In this document: positions 1 to 12,929 of the stretch, in pieces
Layout of the letters: the number at the start of each line of letters is the position of its first letter
Numbering within the stretch: position 1 is the first letter of the stretch
From: Camelus ferus
Taxonomy: Eukaryota
DNA: 64,000 nt
Assembly (NCBI RefSeq): GCF_009834535.1
Contig: NC_045696.1
Span: 76,696,001-76,760,000 of the forward strand
Reading direction: 5' to 3'
Made by a program: the position numbers and the translations under genes
Notes under the pieces: model-generated
Told to the model about the DNA's origin: nothing
Database searches by the model: none
The model's input: the letters and a program-made list of their open reading frames with translations, nothing else

Positions 1-616
1 CGTGGATGTCCTGGGTGGTGACTGAGATGAGCAGGGTCAAGGAGTATTTAATGGTCCACACCTTGCCCTAGGGTGTTGGCACTCCAAGTAATTCAAGGAC
101 ACGGGGCCCTCAGTCAGGATATACCTGGGACAGTGTGGGTAACACTTGTGAGAAAGTTCAGGTTTCTGGAGTCTGGGAAGGTTTTCAAGTGTCTGGAAGC
201 ATGACCTAGCTCAAAGGCAGGGATCACTGGTGTAAGGATGCCTGGGGTTTAGGCTTCCTGGGCAGTAGAGGCTGTGCCGCCTGCAGACGGGTCTAGAAGG
301 TCGTGGCTGCTCAAGAGTTGTCCATGAGAACATGTGGCAGTGCCTGGGAAGGGCTGTTGGATGCAGGCTGAGTGTGTGCAGTGGGGGTGGGGAGCGGGGT
401 CGAATTAGGAAGGTGAATATAGGTGGCTGAGGAAGCTTTGTCTCCTGCTCTCAGTCACATTCTTACCTACCCATACTGAGATACGTGTGCCTCCCGTAAG
501 GTGTCCTCTCCCGTCATTTGCCTGATTATCTGGTCAGGTTCAGTCAATCCAAGTGCTTCTCAGAAGACAGGCCACCTACCTACTGGTTGCCTGCTTCCTT
601 GCCCTGGGTCGGGTGC

Positions 617-736
617 TCCTTCCACGCCCCCAGCGCCTGTGCATGGCTTCCTCTGCATCCTTACTCAGTGGAGTTCCTTCCACACCCCCAGTGCCCTGTG
701 CATGGCTTCCTCTGCTTCCTTACTCAATGGAGTTCC
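617..736. repeat. Two-copy tandem duplication, unit ~58-59 bp
   Basis: tccttccacgcccccagcgcctgtgcatggcttcctctgcatccttactcagtggagt (617-674) is followed directly by a near-identical copy (675-733) with a few differences. Confidence 0.95.
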
Positions 737-739
737 CGA

Positions 740-830
740 AGGGCCAAACCTGTATCTGTTGTATTTTTCTCTGCTTGCCCAGAACTGAAGACAGTGCCTG
801 GAGAAAACAGTAGCTGTTTGATTAATTTGA
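740..830 (+). mobile_element. L2 3' tail fragment
   Basis: Degenerate match to the L2 3' end (…acagtgcctgg…agtag…). Confidence 0.5.
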
Positions 831-889
831 GGTGTTGACAAGCATGGGAATGCACTCCTGGAGAGTAAATTCTGAAAAGGAGAAGGTGA

Positions 890-1095
890 TGTACTGCAGT
901 GAAAAAAGCACCACCTTTTCCATATGGATGGGAGCCGGAACAAGTTACTTTGTATCTGCACATCACCTTCTTATGTGTAAGAAGTACCTGTGTAAAATAC
1001 CTTGCTTTCAAGGTTTAAGGACTGGCAGTAATACAACTTGTTTAGCACCGTGGCTGACATAAACTAGGCTTTAATATATAGTGCAATTATTATTG
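890..1095 (+). mobile_element. MIR SINE, degenerate
   Basis: caagttactt…tgtaaaatac…tttagcaccgtggctgacata…tattatt follows the order of the MIR core and 3' end. Confidence 0.5.
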
Positions 1096-1859
1096 TTACT
1101 GTTTTTACTTCATAAACATGCCAGAGAAAACATTTCTTTGACTGGATAATATGTTGAAAATAATTGGTTGTAATTCGATTTACAAAGCACTACTGTTTTG
1201 GACATGAATGTGGAAGTAGTTTATTGAACAAACATAACTACATTTTGCTATGATAGGACATCTTAAAATATGTAATTGCTTTTTGCATGTAACCTAGTTG
1301 GATGATAGTGATGGCAAGCGTGTGTCTGTATAATCAGTTCCCTTGTGCGACTTTATCCTCATTTTTTCCTGTCTTGCCCTTAATCTCCATTAAATTTTTT
1401 TTGCATTATCTAGAATTGGAAAATGCACTTTTAAAAGCAACTCTGTGCCAAACATCCATTTTGTAATCTATTATTTATAGAAAAACATCAGAACTGCATC
1501 AATATTAAGAACCAAGGTTCTAAAGGAGTAGCATTTCACTTTCTTTTGTCCTCTGTTTCAATTACCTCACTTAGACTTCAATTTTGAAACGTTAATCAAG
1601 GTCAGAATAATACTCTACTTTTGTGTGTTTGGTCACCTTCATCTTTCAGGCATAGACCTCTTGTTCTATGTGATTTCTTTTTCCTTATGGTGATAATACA
1701 TGGCTCATTTTAGAAATTTTTCAAGTAAGAAAAATATTGGGGTGGTTGTGTAAATAAAGAGAAAATCACAGGTGCAAATTTTATCTAGCTTTGAGCAGGA
1801 TGCTTAGGTACTGCTAAATACAGGTCTTTAAGCCATTTGAACGAAGAATAAGTCCTTCT

Positions 1860-1950
1860 AACCTACATGGGACACATAGCATAAAAGAAAGAGAAAATTG
1901 TTGTATTAAGTCGCTGAGATCTTGTAGCTGTTTGTTACTGTAGGATACTC
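1860..1950 (+). mobile_element. MLT1 (MaLR) LTR 3' fragment
   Basis: ttgtattaagtcgctgagatcttgtagctgtttgttactg resembles the MLT1 terminus. Confidence 0.5.
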
Positions 1951-2159
1951 ACTCTCCACCCCCCGCTATTCCCCGCCAGGGCATTCTCTCTCGTAGGAGC
2001 CTCTGTTAATACATAATATTCTGGACACTATGCATTTATAAACATAAACCAATGTTTTCTTCTAACATAAAGGGGATTATGCTGTATTTGTTTTTGTGTG
2101 GCTTGATTTTATTTCACTTTGTATATTAAAACATCTTTCCATGTTATTTAAAAAAAAAA

Positions 2160-3760
2160 CGCTATATTGAGCTCTCGTTGACATAAAGTACATTTGTAAA
2201 TTGTACAAAGTTGGGTATTTTGACCTGTGTATGTACTGTGAGATAATCACACTTACAAAATGAACCTTTCTGTCCCCTTCAAAGTTTCCTTTGCCCCTGG
2301 GGAATCCCTGTCTCTTAGCCACCCCTGTCCTTCCCCTACTATTCTCAGGCAACCTCTGATTTTCTTTCCATTGCTATATTGGTTTTTATTTTCTAGAATT
2401 GTATTAAAATGGAATCATTATTCCATTTTTTGGAATATATTCTTTTTGGTTGATTGTGGGGAGAGTCCAGATTCTTTCAGCATAATCATTCATCCATATT
2501 TTGTGAAGAAATAGTTTATTCCTTTTTGTTGCTAAGAAGCATTCTGTTTTATGGATATACCATTAATTATTTAACCAATAACCTCTTGATAAGCATTTAG
2601 ATTTTTTTCATTTCTTTGCCATTCCTCATAATGTTGCTATGAAGATTCATGTACAAGAATTATTTATGCATAAGACATATGTTTTCATTTCTCTTGGGTA
2701 AATAGTTAGGAATGGAATGGCTGGGAAATATTGTCATGTGTATGTTTATTTTCCTAAGAAGCTGCCAAACTGTTCTCTAAAGTGGTTGTATTATTTACTG
2801 TTTTACATTTCAACCAGCAACGCATGAGAGTTCTAATTGCTCCATATTCTCACCAACTTGGTGTGGTCAGTCTTAAAGTCTTTTGAATAATTTTATATTT
2901 ACAGAAGAATTTGCAAAGTTAGTACAGTAAGTTCCATACGTCCTTTATGCAGCTCCCTCTGGAGTAGTGCTTTAGTAGACTTTTCAAAACTAAGACATGA
3001 ACACTGGCACGATACCTTGAATAAAACTAGAATTTATTCAGATTTCCCAAGTTTCTGTGTTGGAGGATCCAATCCAGGACACCATTTGCACTCAATCAGC
3101 ATGTCTCCTTGTCCTCCAGTCTGTAACACTTTCTGTTTCTCTGTCCTTGTCATTTTTGAAGCAATCTGGTTAAGTATTTTATAGAATGCTTCTCAAGCTG
3201 GGTTTGTCTGATGTTTTCTCATGATTAGACTGGAATTACAGATTTCAGGGAGAAGTATAACAAAGTTTGTCTCTTTCTAATCACATTGTTATCAGGGGAA
3301 CACTACACCAGCATGACTTATGATTTATGATTGGTATTGTTAACTATGATCATTTGGCAAAGACAGTGTCTGTTAGGTTTCTCCCCCGTAAAGTTACTAG
3401 CTTTCTTCTTATGTACTCTGTTGGTCGGAAGTGGGTCACTAATTCCAGTCCACACTCAAGGGGAGAGAAATTAAGCTCCTCTTCTCTGAAGAAAGAGTAT
3501 CTAATAATCTGTGGACATGTGCTGAAACCACTGTTGTAGTTAACACATATTTGGGAGGATGCTTTGTGACATGCAAATACCCTGTTTCTCCAAGTTTTAC
3601 CCTCTAATTTTTACATTCGTCAGTGGGTCTTGCTCGCATCAGTTTTACTGTAGTGTTTTAATGGTGATTTTTTTTTAATCCTTTCTACATTTATTACATG
3701 GAATTCTATAAGGACAGTTTGTCCCTTTTCTCACGTTTGTTTATTTAATCATTTATTTCT
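2160..3760 (-). mobile_element. Old L1 (L1MC/L1ME-like) 3' UTR and ORF2-end fragments, two nested pieces
   Basis: Antisense L1 motifs such as ttttctagaatt…aatggaatcat and ccaaactgttctctaaagtggttgta. A second L1MC4-like 3' end starts at ~2880 (ttttgaataattttatatttacagaaga). Confidence 0.85.
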
Positions 3761-4331
3761 GTCAGTGCAGTTTGATAACCCCTAAGTCCACCCTTACTTC
3801 TGATACCACTTGCAGACATGTGGGTCCCCCATACTACTGTAAGTTCAGCAATTCACTAGAAGGACTTGCAGAACTCAGCAAAGTCATTATACTCACAGTT
3901 AGGGTTTATCACAGCAAATTAAAATCAGCCAAGAGAAGAGGTGCGTAGGACAGGGGCCAGGGGCCACCAAGTACAGAATCTTCTCCCAGCAGAGATGTGT
4001 GGCAACACGCATGAACTGTTGCTAACTAGGGAAGCTTGTCCAACCTTGGTGTCCAGGTTTTATTGGTGCTGGGTCACAAATATGCAGCTGACCACCCATA
4101 TGGTTGACCTTAGTTTCCAGCCCCTTTGAAGGCTTCGCTGATACTGTCTGGCCCAAGGCCCTCCCCTGCCCCTACCATTATAAATCACATTGTTAGCACA
4201 GATAATCTGGGGTGGTTCAGTGCCTCCAAGTAAACAAAGGCACTCTTATCAGGCAGGACCTATAGGTTACCTATCAGGAACTGGAGGCAAAGACCAAATC
4301 TCTTTAGATAAGGTTAATCCTTAACTGCTCA
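3760..4331 (-). mobile_element. MER21-like LTR inserted in the L1
   Basis: ccacccttacttctgataccact…aattcactagaaggact…ttatactcacagttagggtttat…aaaatcagccaagagaagagg…aaggttaatcc. Confidence 0.8.
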
Positions 4332-4861
4332 ACTGGTATTGACTTACAGATATTTATTTTATTCTTCAGGATAGAATGCAATACTGTCATTATTATATAT
4401 TTTGATGCTCGCATTAGTCCTTATTTGGTCATTTAGAAACCAAGATCTAGGCTGTAGGCGTGTTCATTGCCACTGTGTCACTGCTTCAAGGCCCCTTCAG
4501 TGGGTAGAGCTGATTAAACCATGTACACTTACATACCTTCATTTATTTCTCTATATATTTATACATAAATATATACTTAATATATTTTTATATGTATTAA
4601 AGATAGAGAAATAAATTGAGATACATATTTTTATATATTAAAGTAAACATGAGTTTATGCTGATATTTCTGACTCTATTCTAGCACTACTTGGGTTTATT
4701 CTAGCCTTTCCCCCTTGCCTACATGTTGCTTCTCTCTTGTAACCTGACCCTCATTGTCTATAATTTATTTACGTATTGATTTAACCCTAGTCTACATGTA
4801 AATATGTTCAGAATTTCTAAACTCTGCCCCTGTGTAAAACAAAATTTATGAACCATAATAG
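4332..4861 (-). mobile_element. L1MC 3' UTR continuation
   Basis: L1MC-like sequence resumes after the LTR (agaaaccaagatctagg…aaacatgagttt…tttattctagcc). Confidence 0.7.
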
Positions 4862-5205
4862 TGTCAGCAAAAAATTAATCAGTAGATCTAAGAAAGAAAT
4901 GGAAAATTTTGTTTGAGCCAAATTTGTGGATTATAACCCAGGAAGAGCATCTCCAAAAGCTCTGAGGACTGTTCTGCTGGTTGGAAATCAAGGCACAGTT
5001 TTATAAGTCTTCTGAGACAGTGCTGTACATCAAATGACTTACTACTGACAGTTTACATAATCCAGATCTATTCTGGTGGGTCATGCGACCCCTCACAAGA
5101 TCAAGAAGGAATGTTCTCTTTTAAGGAGCTGTCCTGTTGATGCCAGGAGAATGCTGCTCTTCACGGTTGAGCGGGTGTTCCTGCCGATGGGGGAGGTTTG
5201 GTTGA
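4862..5205 (-). mobile_element. ERV1-type LTR, subfamily not assigned
   Basis: Starts tgt, interrupts the L1, and reads like an antisense ERV1 LTR (gattataacccaggaagagcatctccaaaagctctgaggactg). Confidence 0.6.
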
Positions 5206-7215
5206 TGTACGGTTTTTTTGTATAGCTCTTCACCCTTACAGTATCTAGCCAAAGCAGTGCTATCCAAAGTTACTTAGGGAAGTTCCTTTTTTTTCTACCC
5301 CTTCAATGAAGTCGTGCATGTGTAATATAATTGGATTTATTTTTCAGCCTGACATCCTAGTTGAACTATTTCTTAATTTGCATAAAGTAAAATTCGTGGG
5401 TTTTGATAAATGCATAGTCATTTATATACCAACCACCAAAATACCACAAACAGTTCCATTACCCCAAAAACTTCCTGTATAGCCACTTTCTAGTCAACTC
5501 CTCCCCACAACTCAGCCCTCAATCACGGATCTGTTTTCCATTCCTATAGTTTTGCCTTTTCTAGAATGTCATATAAATGAAATAATACAGCCTTTTAAGT
5601 CTGCTTTCTTTCCATTTTTTAAAATGCATATATGATTCATTCATTTTGTTCAGTGAATCAATAGTTCGTTCCCTTTTTTATTGCTGACTGTTATTCCATT
5701 ATATGGATTTGCCACAGTTTTTTAAATCCATTCACCTGTTGAAGGACATTTTGGTTGTTTTCAATTTTTGGCGATAATGGATAAAGCTACTATAAACATT
5801 TATGTTCAGGTTTTTTGTGTGAACCAAACTTTTCGCTTCAGTGGAGTAAATGCATAGAAGTGGGAAGTAACAGCCAACTGTTTTTGCCAAGTGGCTGTAC
5901 CATATTTTTATTCCCACCACAATTGAATCAGAGCTGCTGTTGCTCCACAACCATGTCAGCATTTGTAATGGTTAATTAAGCTTTTTTAAAAAGCCATTCT
6001 AATAATTGTATACTGGTATCTCATTGTGATTTTTAATTTGCATTTCCCTAATGACTGAATATCTTTTCATGTGCTCATTTGTCAGCCATGTATCTTCTAT
6101 GGCAGTGTCTGTGCCAAACTTTGGCCCATTATTTAATTGGGATGTTTGTTTCCTTTTTATTGGACTTTGATAGTTTTTTTTATATTCTGGATATGAGTGT
6201 TTTATCAGATACTTTTTTTTTTTAGCAGTGTCTTTCTGAAAGCAAAAGTTCTTAATTTTGATGACATCTACTGTCATTTTTTAAGCAATCATTATTTAGT
6301 GTCATATCTAAGAATGCCATATAGTTGGAATCATGTAGTATGTAGCCTTTTCAGATTGGTTTCTTTCATTTAGTTAGTAATATGTATTTAAGTTTCCTCC
6401 GTATCTTTTCATGGCTTGATAATTCATTTCTTTTTAGTGCTGAATAATATTGCATTGTCTTGAGGTACCACAGATAGTTTATTGATTTATCTGCTGAAAG
6501 CCATCGTGGTTGCTTTTAAGTTTCGGCAGTTGTTAATAAAGCTGCTGTACGCATCCCTGTGCAGATTTTTGTATGGACATTTGTTTTCAAATCCTTTAGG
6601 TAAAAATCAGTTCATGTGATTAATGACTCATATGGTAAGGGTACATTTCATTTGGTAATAAACCACCAAACTGTCTTCCAAAGTGGCTGTACCATGTGAG
6701 TTTGAGAAGAATGTGTATCCTACTGTTGGATGAAGTTGTCTATAGATGTTGTTGTCTGTACATCCAGCTGATTGATGGTGGTGTTGAGTTCAACTATGTC
6801 CTTACTGATTTTCTACCTGCTAGATCTGTCCATTTCTGATAGAGGGGTGTTGACTTCTCCAACTATGATAGTGAATTCATCCATTTCTCGTTGGAGTTCC
6901 ATCACTTTTGGCTTCACATAGTTGATGCTCTACTATTAGACAAATACATGTTAAGCATTGTTATGTATTCTTGAAGGATTGATCATTTTATTATTATGTA
7001 ATGCCCTTCTTTATCCCTAATAACTTTCCTTGCTTTGAAGTCTGCTTTGTCTGAAATTAATATAGCTACTCCTGCTTTCTTTTGATTACTGTGAGCATGG
7101 TATATTTTTCTCCATCCGTTCCCTTTAATCTATGTGTCTTTATAATTAAAGTGGGTTTCTTGTAAACAACATATAATTGGATCTTTTTTGATCCACTCCA
7201 ACAATCTCTGTTTAT
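5206..7215 (-). mobile_element. L1MC-like 3' UTR/ORF2 3' end joined to ORF2 endonuclease remnant
   Basis: The ORF track gives L1 ORF2 motifs: KQRLLEWIKKDPIICCLQETHF (7130-7318, minus) and HMKRYSVIREMQIK (5999-6277, minus). Many stops and frameshifts. Confidence 0.9.
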
Positions 7216-7930
7216 TTCCCCCAGATTTATGGAGGTATGTTTGACAAAATTGTGTATATTTAAGATGTACATGATGTTTTGATATATGTGTGCATTGTGA
7301 AATGTTTATGATAATCAAGCTAATGAATGTAACTAATTAATATATCCTTTACCTCACATAGTTATCTTTTTTGAGTTTGTGATGAGAACACTTGAGATCT
7401 ACTCTCTTAGCAAATTTCAAATATATAATACATTATTATTAACTATAGTCACCATGCTGTACATTAGATCTCCAGAGCTTACTCATCTATAACTGAAAAT
7501 TTGTACCCTTTGACCAACATCTCCCCTTTTCCCCATCCCTCGTCCGTTGATAGACTCCATTCTACTCTGTTACTATGAGTTTGACTGTTTTTTTTTTTTT
7601 TAGATTCCACATATAACTAAGATCACATAAATATATATCACATATTCTTTATTTATCACTTAAGTTGTTTACAAATCTTGGCTACTGTAAATAATGCTGC
7701 AGTGAACACGGGAGCACAAATATCTCTTTTGTTTGTTTGTTTTGCCATTGAGCTGTATGAATTCCTTATATATTTTGGATATTAATCCCTTATTGAATAT
7801 GTGGTTTGCAAATATTTTCTCCCATCCCATAGGCTGCCTTTTCATTTTGCGAATTGTTTCATTTGCTGTGCAAAACTTTTTAGTTTGATGTAGTACAACT
7901 TGTTTATTTTTGCCTTTGTTGCTAATGTAA
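7216..7930 (-). mobile_element. Younger L1 (L1MA-like) 3' fragment nested in the endonuclease region
   Basis: 3' UTR motif actatagtcaccatgctgtacattagatctccagag, and ORF2 C-terminal peptide KRQPMGWEKIFANHIFNKGLISKIYKE. Confidence 0.85.
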
Positions 7931-7964
7931 AAACTGTTTTGCCTTTGTTGCTTACGTAAAAAAC

Positions 7965-8130
7965 TTTTCGTTGGTGCATTTAAACCATTAACATTCAGAG
8001 TGATTATTGATATAGCTGGATTATTATCTACCATTTTCATTACTATTTTCTGTTTGTTGCCCTTGTTCTTTGTTCTGCTTTTGTCTTCCACTCCTATTCT
8101 GCCTTTTATGGTTTTAATTAGCACATCAGT
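7965..8130 (-). mobile_element. L1 ORF2 N-terminus remnant
   Basis: Peptide NPAISIITLNVNGLNAP is the canonical L1 ORF2 start. Confidence 0.9.
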
Positions 8131-8133
8131 TGT

Positions 8134-8444
8134 AGAGTTAGCCTTCCTTATCCAAAGTTTCACCTCGGAGGATTCAGCCAACTGCAGATCAAAATGACTC
8201 AAAGAGATTCCAGAAAGTTTCAAAAAGCAAAACTTGAATTTGCTTTATGCTGGCATCTATTTACATAGCATTTACATTGTATTTGGTATAAGTAGTCTAG
8301 AGATGACTTAAAGTATACAGGAGGATGTGTGTAGGTTATATGCAAATACTACACCATTTTATAAAATGGATGTGAGCATTCTTGGATATTAGGTATCTGT
8401 AGGGGGTCCTGGAACCAATCCCCCACAGATTACAGGGATGACTA
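8134..8444. mobile_element. MER2/MER2B (TcMar-Tigger MITE)
   Basis: ttccagaaagtttcaaaaagcaaaacttgaatttgc…tatttacatagcatttacattgtatt…gggggtcctggaaccaatccccc. Confidence 0.9.
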
Positions 8445-8667
8445 CTTTAAAAAAAATTTTTTTTTCCAGTGGTTGCTTAGAATTTGCAATATATACGTTT
8501 ATAACAAATTCAAGTCGACCCTCAAATAACACTGTACCACTTCACAGGCAGTGTGAGTAACTTATAATAACAAAAATAATTCTAATTCCTCCCATCCCTT
8601 ATATTATTGCTGTCATCCATTTTACTTCTATATAAGCATAGATACATTATACACACATACACACACA

Positions 8668-8885
8668 CTGTTGACCCTTGAACTACACAGGGGGTAGGGG
8701 TGTTGCCCTCCGTGCAGTTAACAATCTACGTGTAACTTTATAGTCAGCCCTCCATAACTGAGGTTCTGCATCTGCAGATTCAACCAACTGTGGATCATGT
8801 AGTATTATAACACATATTTAGTGGAAAAAATCTGCATACCAGTGGGCCTGTGCGGTTCAAACCCATGTTCTTCAAGGGTCAACTC
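8668..8885. mobile_element. Tigger2a-type MITE (artiodactyl Tigger2a_Art-like)
   Basis: Terminal inverted repeats gttgacccttgaa (8670-8682) and ttcaagggtcaac (8871-8883), with internal gattcaaccaactgtggatcatgtagta. Confidence 0.9.
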
Positions 8886-8889
8886 TGTG

Positions 8890-10748
8890 TGTGTGTATGC
8901 ACATAGATGATATATGTAAGTGTACAAAATTGAGTACATTATTGCTATTATTATTTTGACAAACACCTGTTACATCAATTAAAATTAAGAAAAAGTTTTT
9001 ATTTTACCTTCTCTTAATATCTTTCTGATACTCTTTCTTTTTGTAGATCTGAGTTTCTGACCTATATCATTTTCCTTTTTGTATAAATAACTTTTTAAAA
9101 ACATTTCTTGCAAGTCAGGTCTACTGGCCTCAATTTTTGTTTGCATGAAAAAGTTTTTATTTCTGCCTCACTTTTTAAGGACTCTTTTGCAGGGTACAGA
9201 ATTCTGCATTGCTGTTTTTTTTTTTTTCCTCAACTCTAAATATTTCATTCCATTTTCTTCTTGCTTGCCTGATTTCTGAGAATTTGAACTGAAGTTTTGT
9301 CTTTGTTCCTCTTTAGGTAAGGTGTATTTTTTCTCTGACTTCCTTCAGGATTTTTTGTTTATCTTTGATTTTTTTGTGGTTTGAGAATGATATACCTAGG
9401 TGGAGGGTTTTTTGGTTTCGGGGGGTGGGGGGTGGGAGTGGCATTTATCCTGCTTTGTGATTTCTAAGCTTCCTGAATCTGTGGTTTGGTGTCTGATATT
9501 AATTTGGGGGAATCTCAGTCATTACTGTTTCAAATATTTCTTCTTTCTTTTTCCCTTTCTTCTCTTTCTGCTACTCCCATTATATGTGTGTTACACTTTA
9601 TATAGTTGTCCTACGGTCCTTGGATATTCTGTTCTGTTTTTTTTTTTTTTTTTTTCAGCCTTTGTTCTCTTTGCTTTTCAGTTCTATAGGTTTTTACTTT
9701 TACTGAGACACCTTCAAGCTCAGAGATTCTTTCCTTGGGTATGTTCAGTCTACTGATGAGCCTATCAAAGACCTTATTTCTGTTACAGTGTTTCTGATGC
9801 CCAGCTTTTCTCTTTATTTCTTTCCTAGAATCTGCATCACCTCTGCTTACATTCCCCACCTATTCTTGCATGTTGTCTACTTTATCCAGCAGAGCCCTTA
9901 GCATATGAATCATAGTATTTTGAATTCTCCGTCTGACAGTTCCAAAACCTCTGCCATGTCTGACTGTAATACTTTATCGCTTCAAATTGTGTTTTTTGGC
10001 TTTCAGTATGCCTGGTAAATTTTTCTTCGTAGCCAGACATGATACATGGAGTGAAATTAACTGCTGTGAACAGGCTTTTTGGTACCGTGAGTGAGGTGTG
10101 GGAGGAAGGGAAGCCTTCTGTAACCCTCTGACTAGGTCTCAATATTTTAATGCGTATGTGCCTGTGGACTGTGAATTCCACAAGTGTTTTTCAGTCTTTT
10201 GCTCCCCACTCAGGTGGGACAGGATGGCTAGAGCTGGCTTGAGTTGGGTATTTTCCTTCCCCCAGAAGGTTAGACTCTGAGGGCAGGCCTTAAGAAGAAC
10301 AGAGTGCTCTGGCGTGTTTCAAAATTATTTCTTTTCCCTCCCCCTGCCAGAAGCACAAGGGAATTTTTCTCCGATTTTTACCGTGAAAACCTCATTGAAC
10401 TCCTTTGGATAAAACACGCCAAAGTGTGGGGATCCCCTGTGACTAGGTCTCCCTGGGGCTTCTGACTCTCAAACCTCTCCTCACTGAGCCTCCAGCAGTA
10501 CATCAGTCACAGCTCGGGTTTTCCTCGGCCCTGGGTGCCCCAGCTATTTCCGCTCCTATGCGTCTGCCTCCGTAAGCTATGACTCCCAGGTTCTCCCTGT
10601 CTGTCTCTCCATCCTTTTACCTGTCTCCTCGTCTCTCTTATGGAGCCAAGAAGAGTTGCTGAGCTTTTCAGTCTGTTCAGCGTTTTACTGGTTAGGACAG
10701 AGCAGTAACTTCCAAGCTGCTTCTGCGTGGGACTGGAAACCAGAAGTT
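8890..10748 (-). mobile_element. L1MC/L1MD-like ORF1 and 5' region
   Basis: ORF1p coiled-coil remnant FDRLISRLNIPKERISELE (9611-9859, minus), then a more GC-rich 5'-UTR-like stretch ending ggaaaccagaagt. Confidence 0.8.
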
Positions 10749-10749
10749 T

Positions 10750-10951
10750 TATCTTCCACTTTTAAAGGAACCTTTATTTACATTGGGCTGGACTAACCCA
10801 GGGTAAGCTCTCTATTTTAAGGCCAGCTGGTAAGGTCAGCTCTAATTCTGCCTGCAACCTCAGTTTCTCTTTGCCATGTAGCACACTTTATTCACAGGGC
10901 CTGGGGGTGTGGATGTGGACATCTTGGGGGCACATTATTCTGCCTGCCATA
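10750..10951 (-). mobile_element. MLT1C/D LTR 5' fragment
   Basis: ttacattgggc…tttgccatgt…tattcacagg…ggatgtggacatcttggggg…cattattctgcct. Confidence 0.8.
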
Positions 10952-11289
10952 CTCCACTGTATCTCTGTTTTAAAACTCTATTTTACAGAAGATGAAATGT
11001 TGAGGAAGACAGGATTAGGAGTCACTCCTCCTCCTACCGCTCAGCAGCTGTGGTTATTGCTGGGTAATATTTCGAGTTCCCAAGCTATGTCTACCCCTCA
11101 CTTTCGTTCCAGCAGGTGGCTAGCTCTGTGTTCGTTGCCTCAGGGAAGGCATATGGCCAAGCAGAAAACAGAGAGACTCTCCAAGTCTTTCTGCGTTTTA
11201 TTACACAGAAGCTCAAATTCTTAGGAGAACTTAGTGGATTTTTGGTCATCATGAGAGAATTGCAAAGAAACGTGAAGAGAGGAAGATTT

Positions 11290-11760
11290 TCTCCAGACTT
11301 CATGGCTAGTGGCAGGGGGCTGGGGAGCACGTGGTGAGAGAGCGACTGTTAAGAGGGAAAGCTCTGCGGGTTCCAAGGGCAGAAGAGACTGTTTCCTGCT
11401 TGCAGACAATGCGACTGTGTGGTCCGTGATATCCTGAGAGGAGTGGCTCTAAGCTGAGCCTAGGCAGGTGGAACCTGCACAGCCAAGCAAAAGAGTCCTG
11501 CGTCCCCAGAAGAGCCTGGAAGCAAGAGAGCAGCGCTAGCTCTAAAGAGACCATACACTTAGGGAAAATCTCTCACAGCAACAAAGGATCATCTGAAAAA
11601 CACATCTGTCCGCAGGCTTTGGCATATCTGAAGGGCCTGGAACTGTGTCCCACAGAGGGGAGGAGGGTGGTGAGACCTGCACAGAGTTCTAGGGTACTTC
11701 CTCCTTTCACCCTGTGGAATGGGGTAGACTGGAGGGGAGCTCAGGGTTAGAAATGAAGTT
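11290..11760 (+). mobile_element. Ancient LTR-like element, possibly LTR78-like
   Basis: Purine-rich block with agagagcagc…gggaaaatc motifs. Family recognition is weak. Confidence 0.3.
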
Positions 11761-12929
11761 TGTGGTTTGTTTTTTTTTAATTCTACTTTTTTATCACTTG
11801 GTCAAATGGCATTCATGTCTGATGCTTTGAAGTTACTTTTCCTGAAAGTCATTAATTCTGCCTGAGTTTACAAAGTAAACTGTTTCCATATTCAACTGTG
11901 TTGGGAGAGAGGAAGAATGAGTTGATTTTTATGTGTGCCTCTCAGCAACCCTATGCCAAATGAAATTGAGTTAAAAATCTGCAAGGGCAGAGTATAATAA
12001 AAGTCCAAGTATAAATTATACTGTGGTGATCATTTGGTTTTGACACATTATAGGTAAACAGTTGTAGTCAGAAAGACCCAAGGAGGTTTCAATCTCAACT
12101 CACTTAAAAATTTCCCCTCTAAAGTCTATTGTACCTTGATGATATTTTTATAAATTTCTTACTTTCCCTTAAAAGAAATTCTCTAAAATTACTTCTTGAC
12201 AGGTAATGACAGCACTTTAGAGAAGAAGCACGAAGTGGTGTTGCTTCACTTTCAATACTGTGTTCCAAAATGAAATTAGAGTTCTTTAGCGTGAAGATTA
12301 CTTCTTGAATACACAGATTTAACTGAGAGAAAATAGAAAACATCTTAGTAAATCTGAAAGGAATGATCTGAGAATCCTTGCGTCATCATCACCGTGGAGG
12401 CAGGAAGGAAGTTCATGAAGAAGGTGCTGCCTGGAGTATGAGGAAAGCATTTGAATGTTGTGTTCATTACACATTAAACTGACAACTATGGAAGCAGCCG
12501 TTACACAACCACAAGCTCCTCCCTAGCAAGGACCATTCTGTTTCATTTTTTATATTTCCAGATCCTACCATGTGTTTTGAATGAATGGCTCCCTGAATGA
12601 CTGAATGAATCAACTGGACTAGTTTATGTTGTATCATTTACACATAGGAGAAGACCTGGTCAGTAGTCAGAACTCTTTTTAGGTTTAGTGAAGGAAAGAA
12701 CAAATAAGTGAAATAAACATGGCAACTCATGATTAGTCAGTAAGATCCAATGTTGGCCATGTTCACATGGGTAAGGATTTCGTCTGCTCAATCAGCTGTT
12801 CACATCTGCACCAACTGGGGGCTCGGGCGGGGCCAACGCTCCACCAGTTAATGGCTGTGATCTTTGAATGGAGGGAGTCTGGGGTGGAGTGAGTGGAGCT
12901 CTGTGTGGTTCACCTGACCTGTCAGAAAC

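Noticed and set aside
7669..8223. 184-aa ORF with L1 ORF2 motifs as a functional or chimeric protein
   Set aside because: It is a chance read-through of MER2B, an L1 EN start and a separate nested L1 C-terminal fragment.
12812..12826. CTCF-like ccaactgggggctc
   Set aside because: It has three mismatches to the core, including the key AG position.
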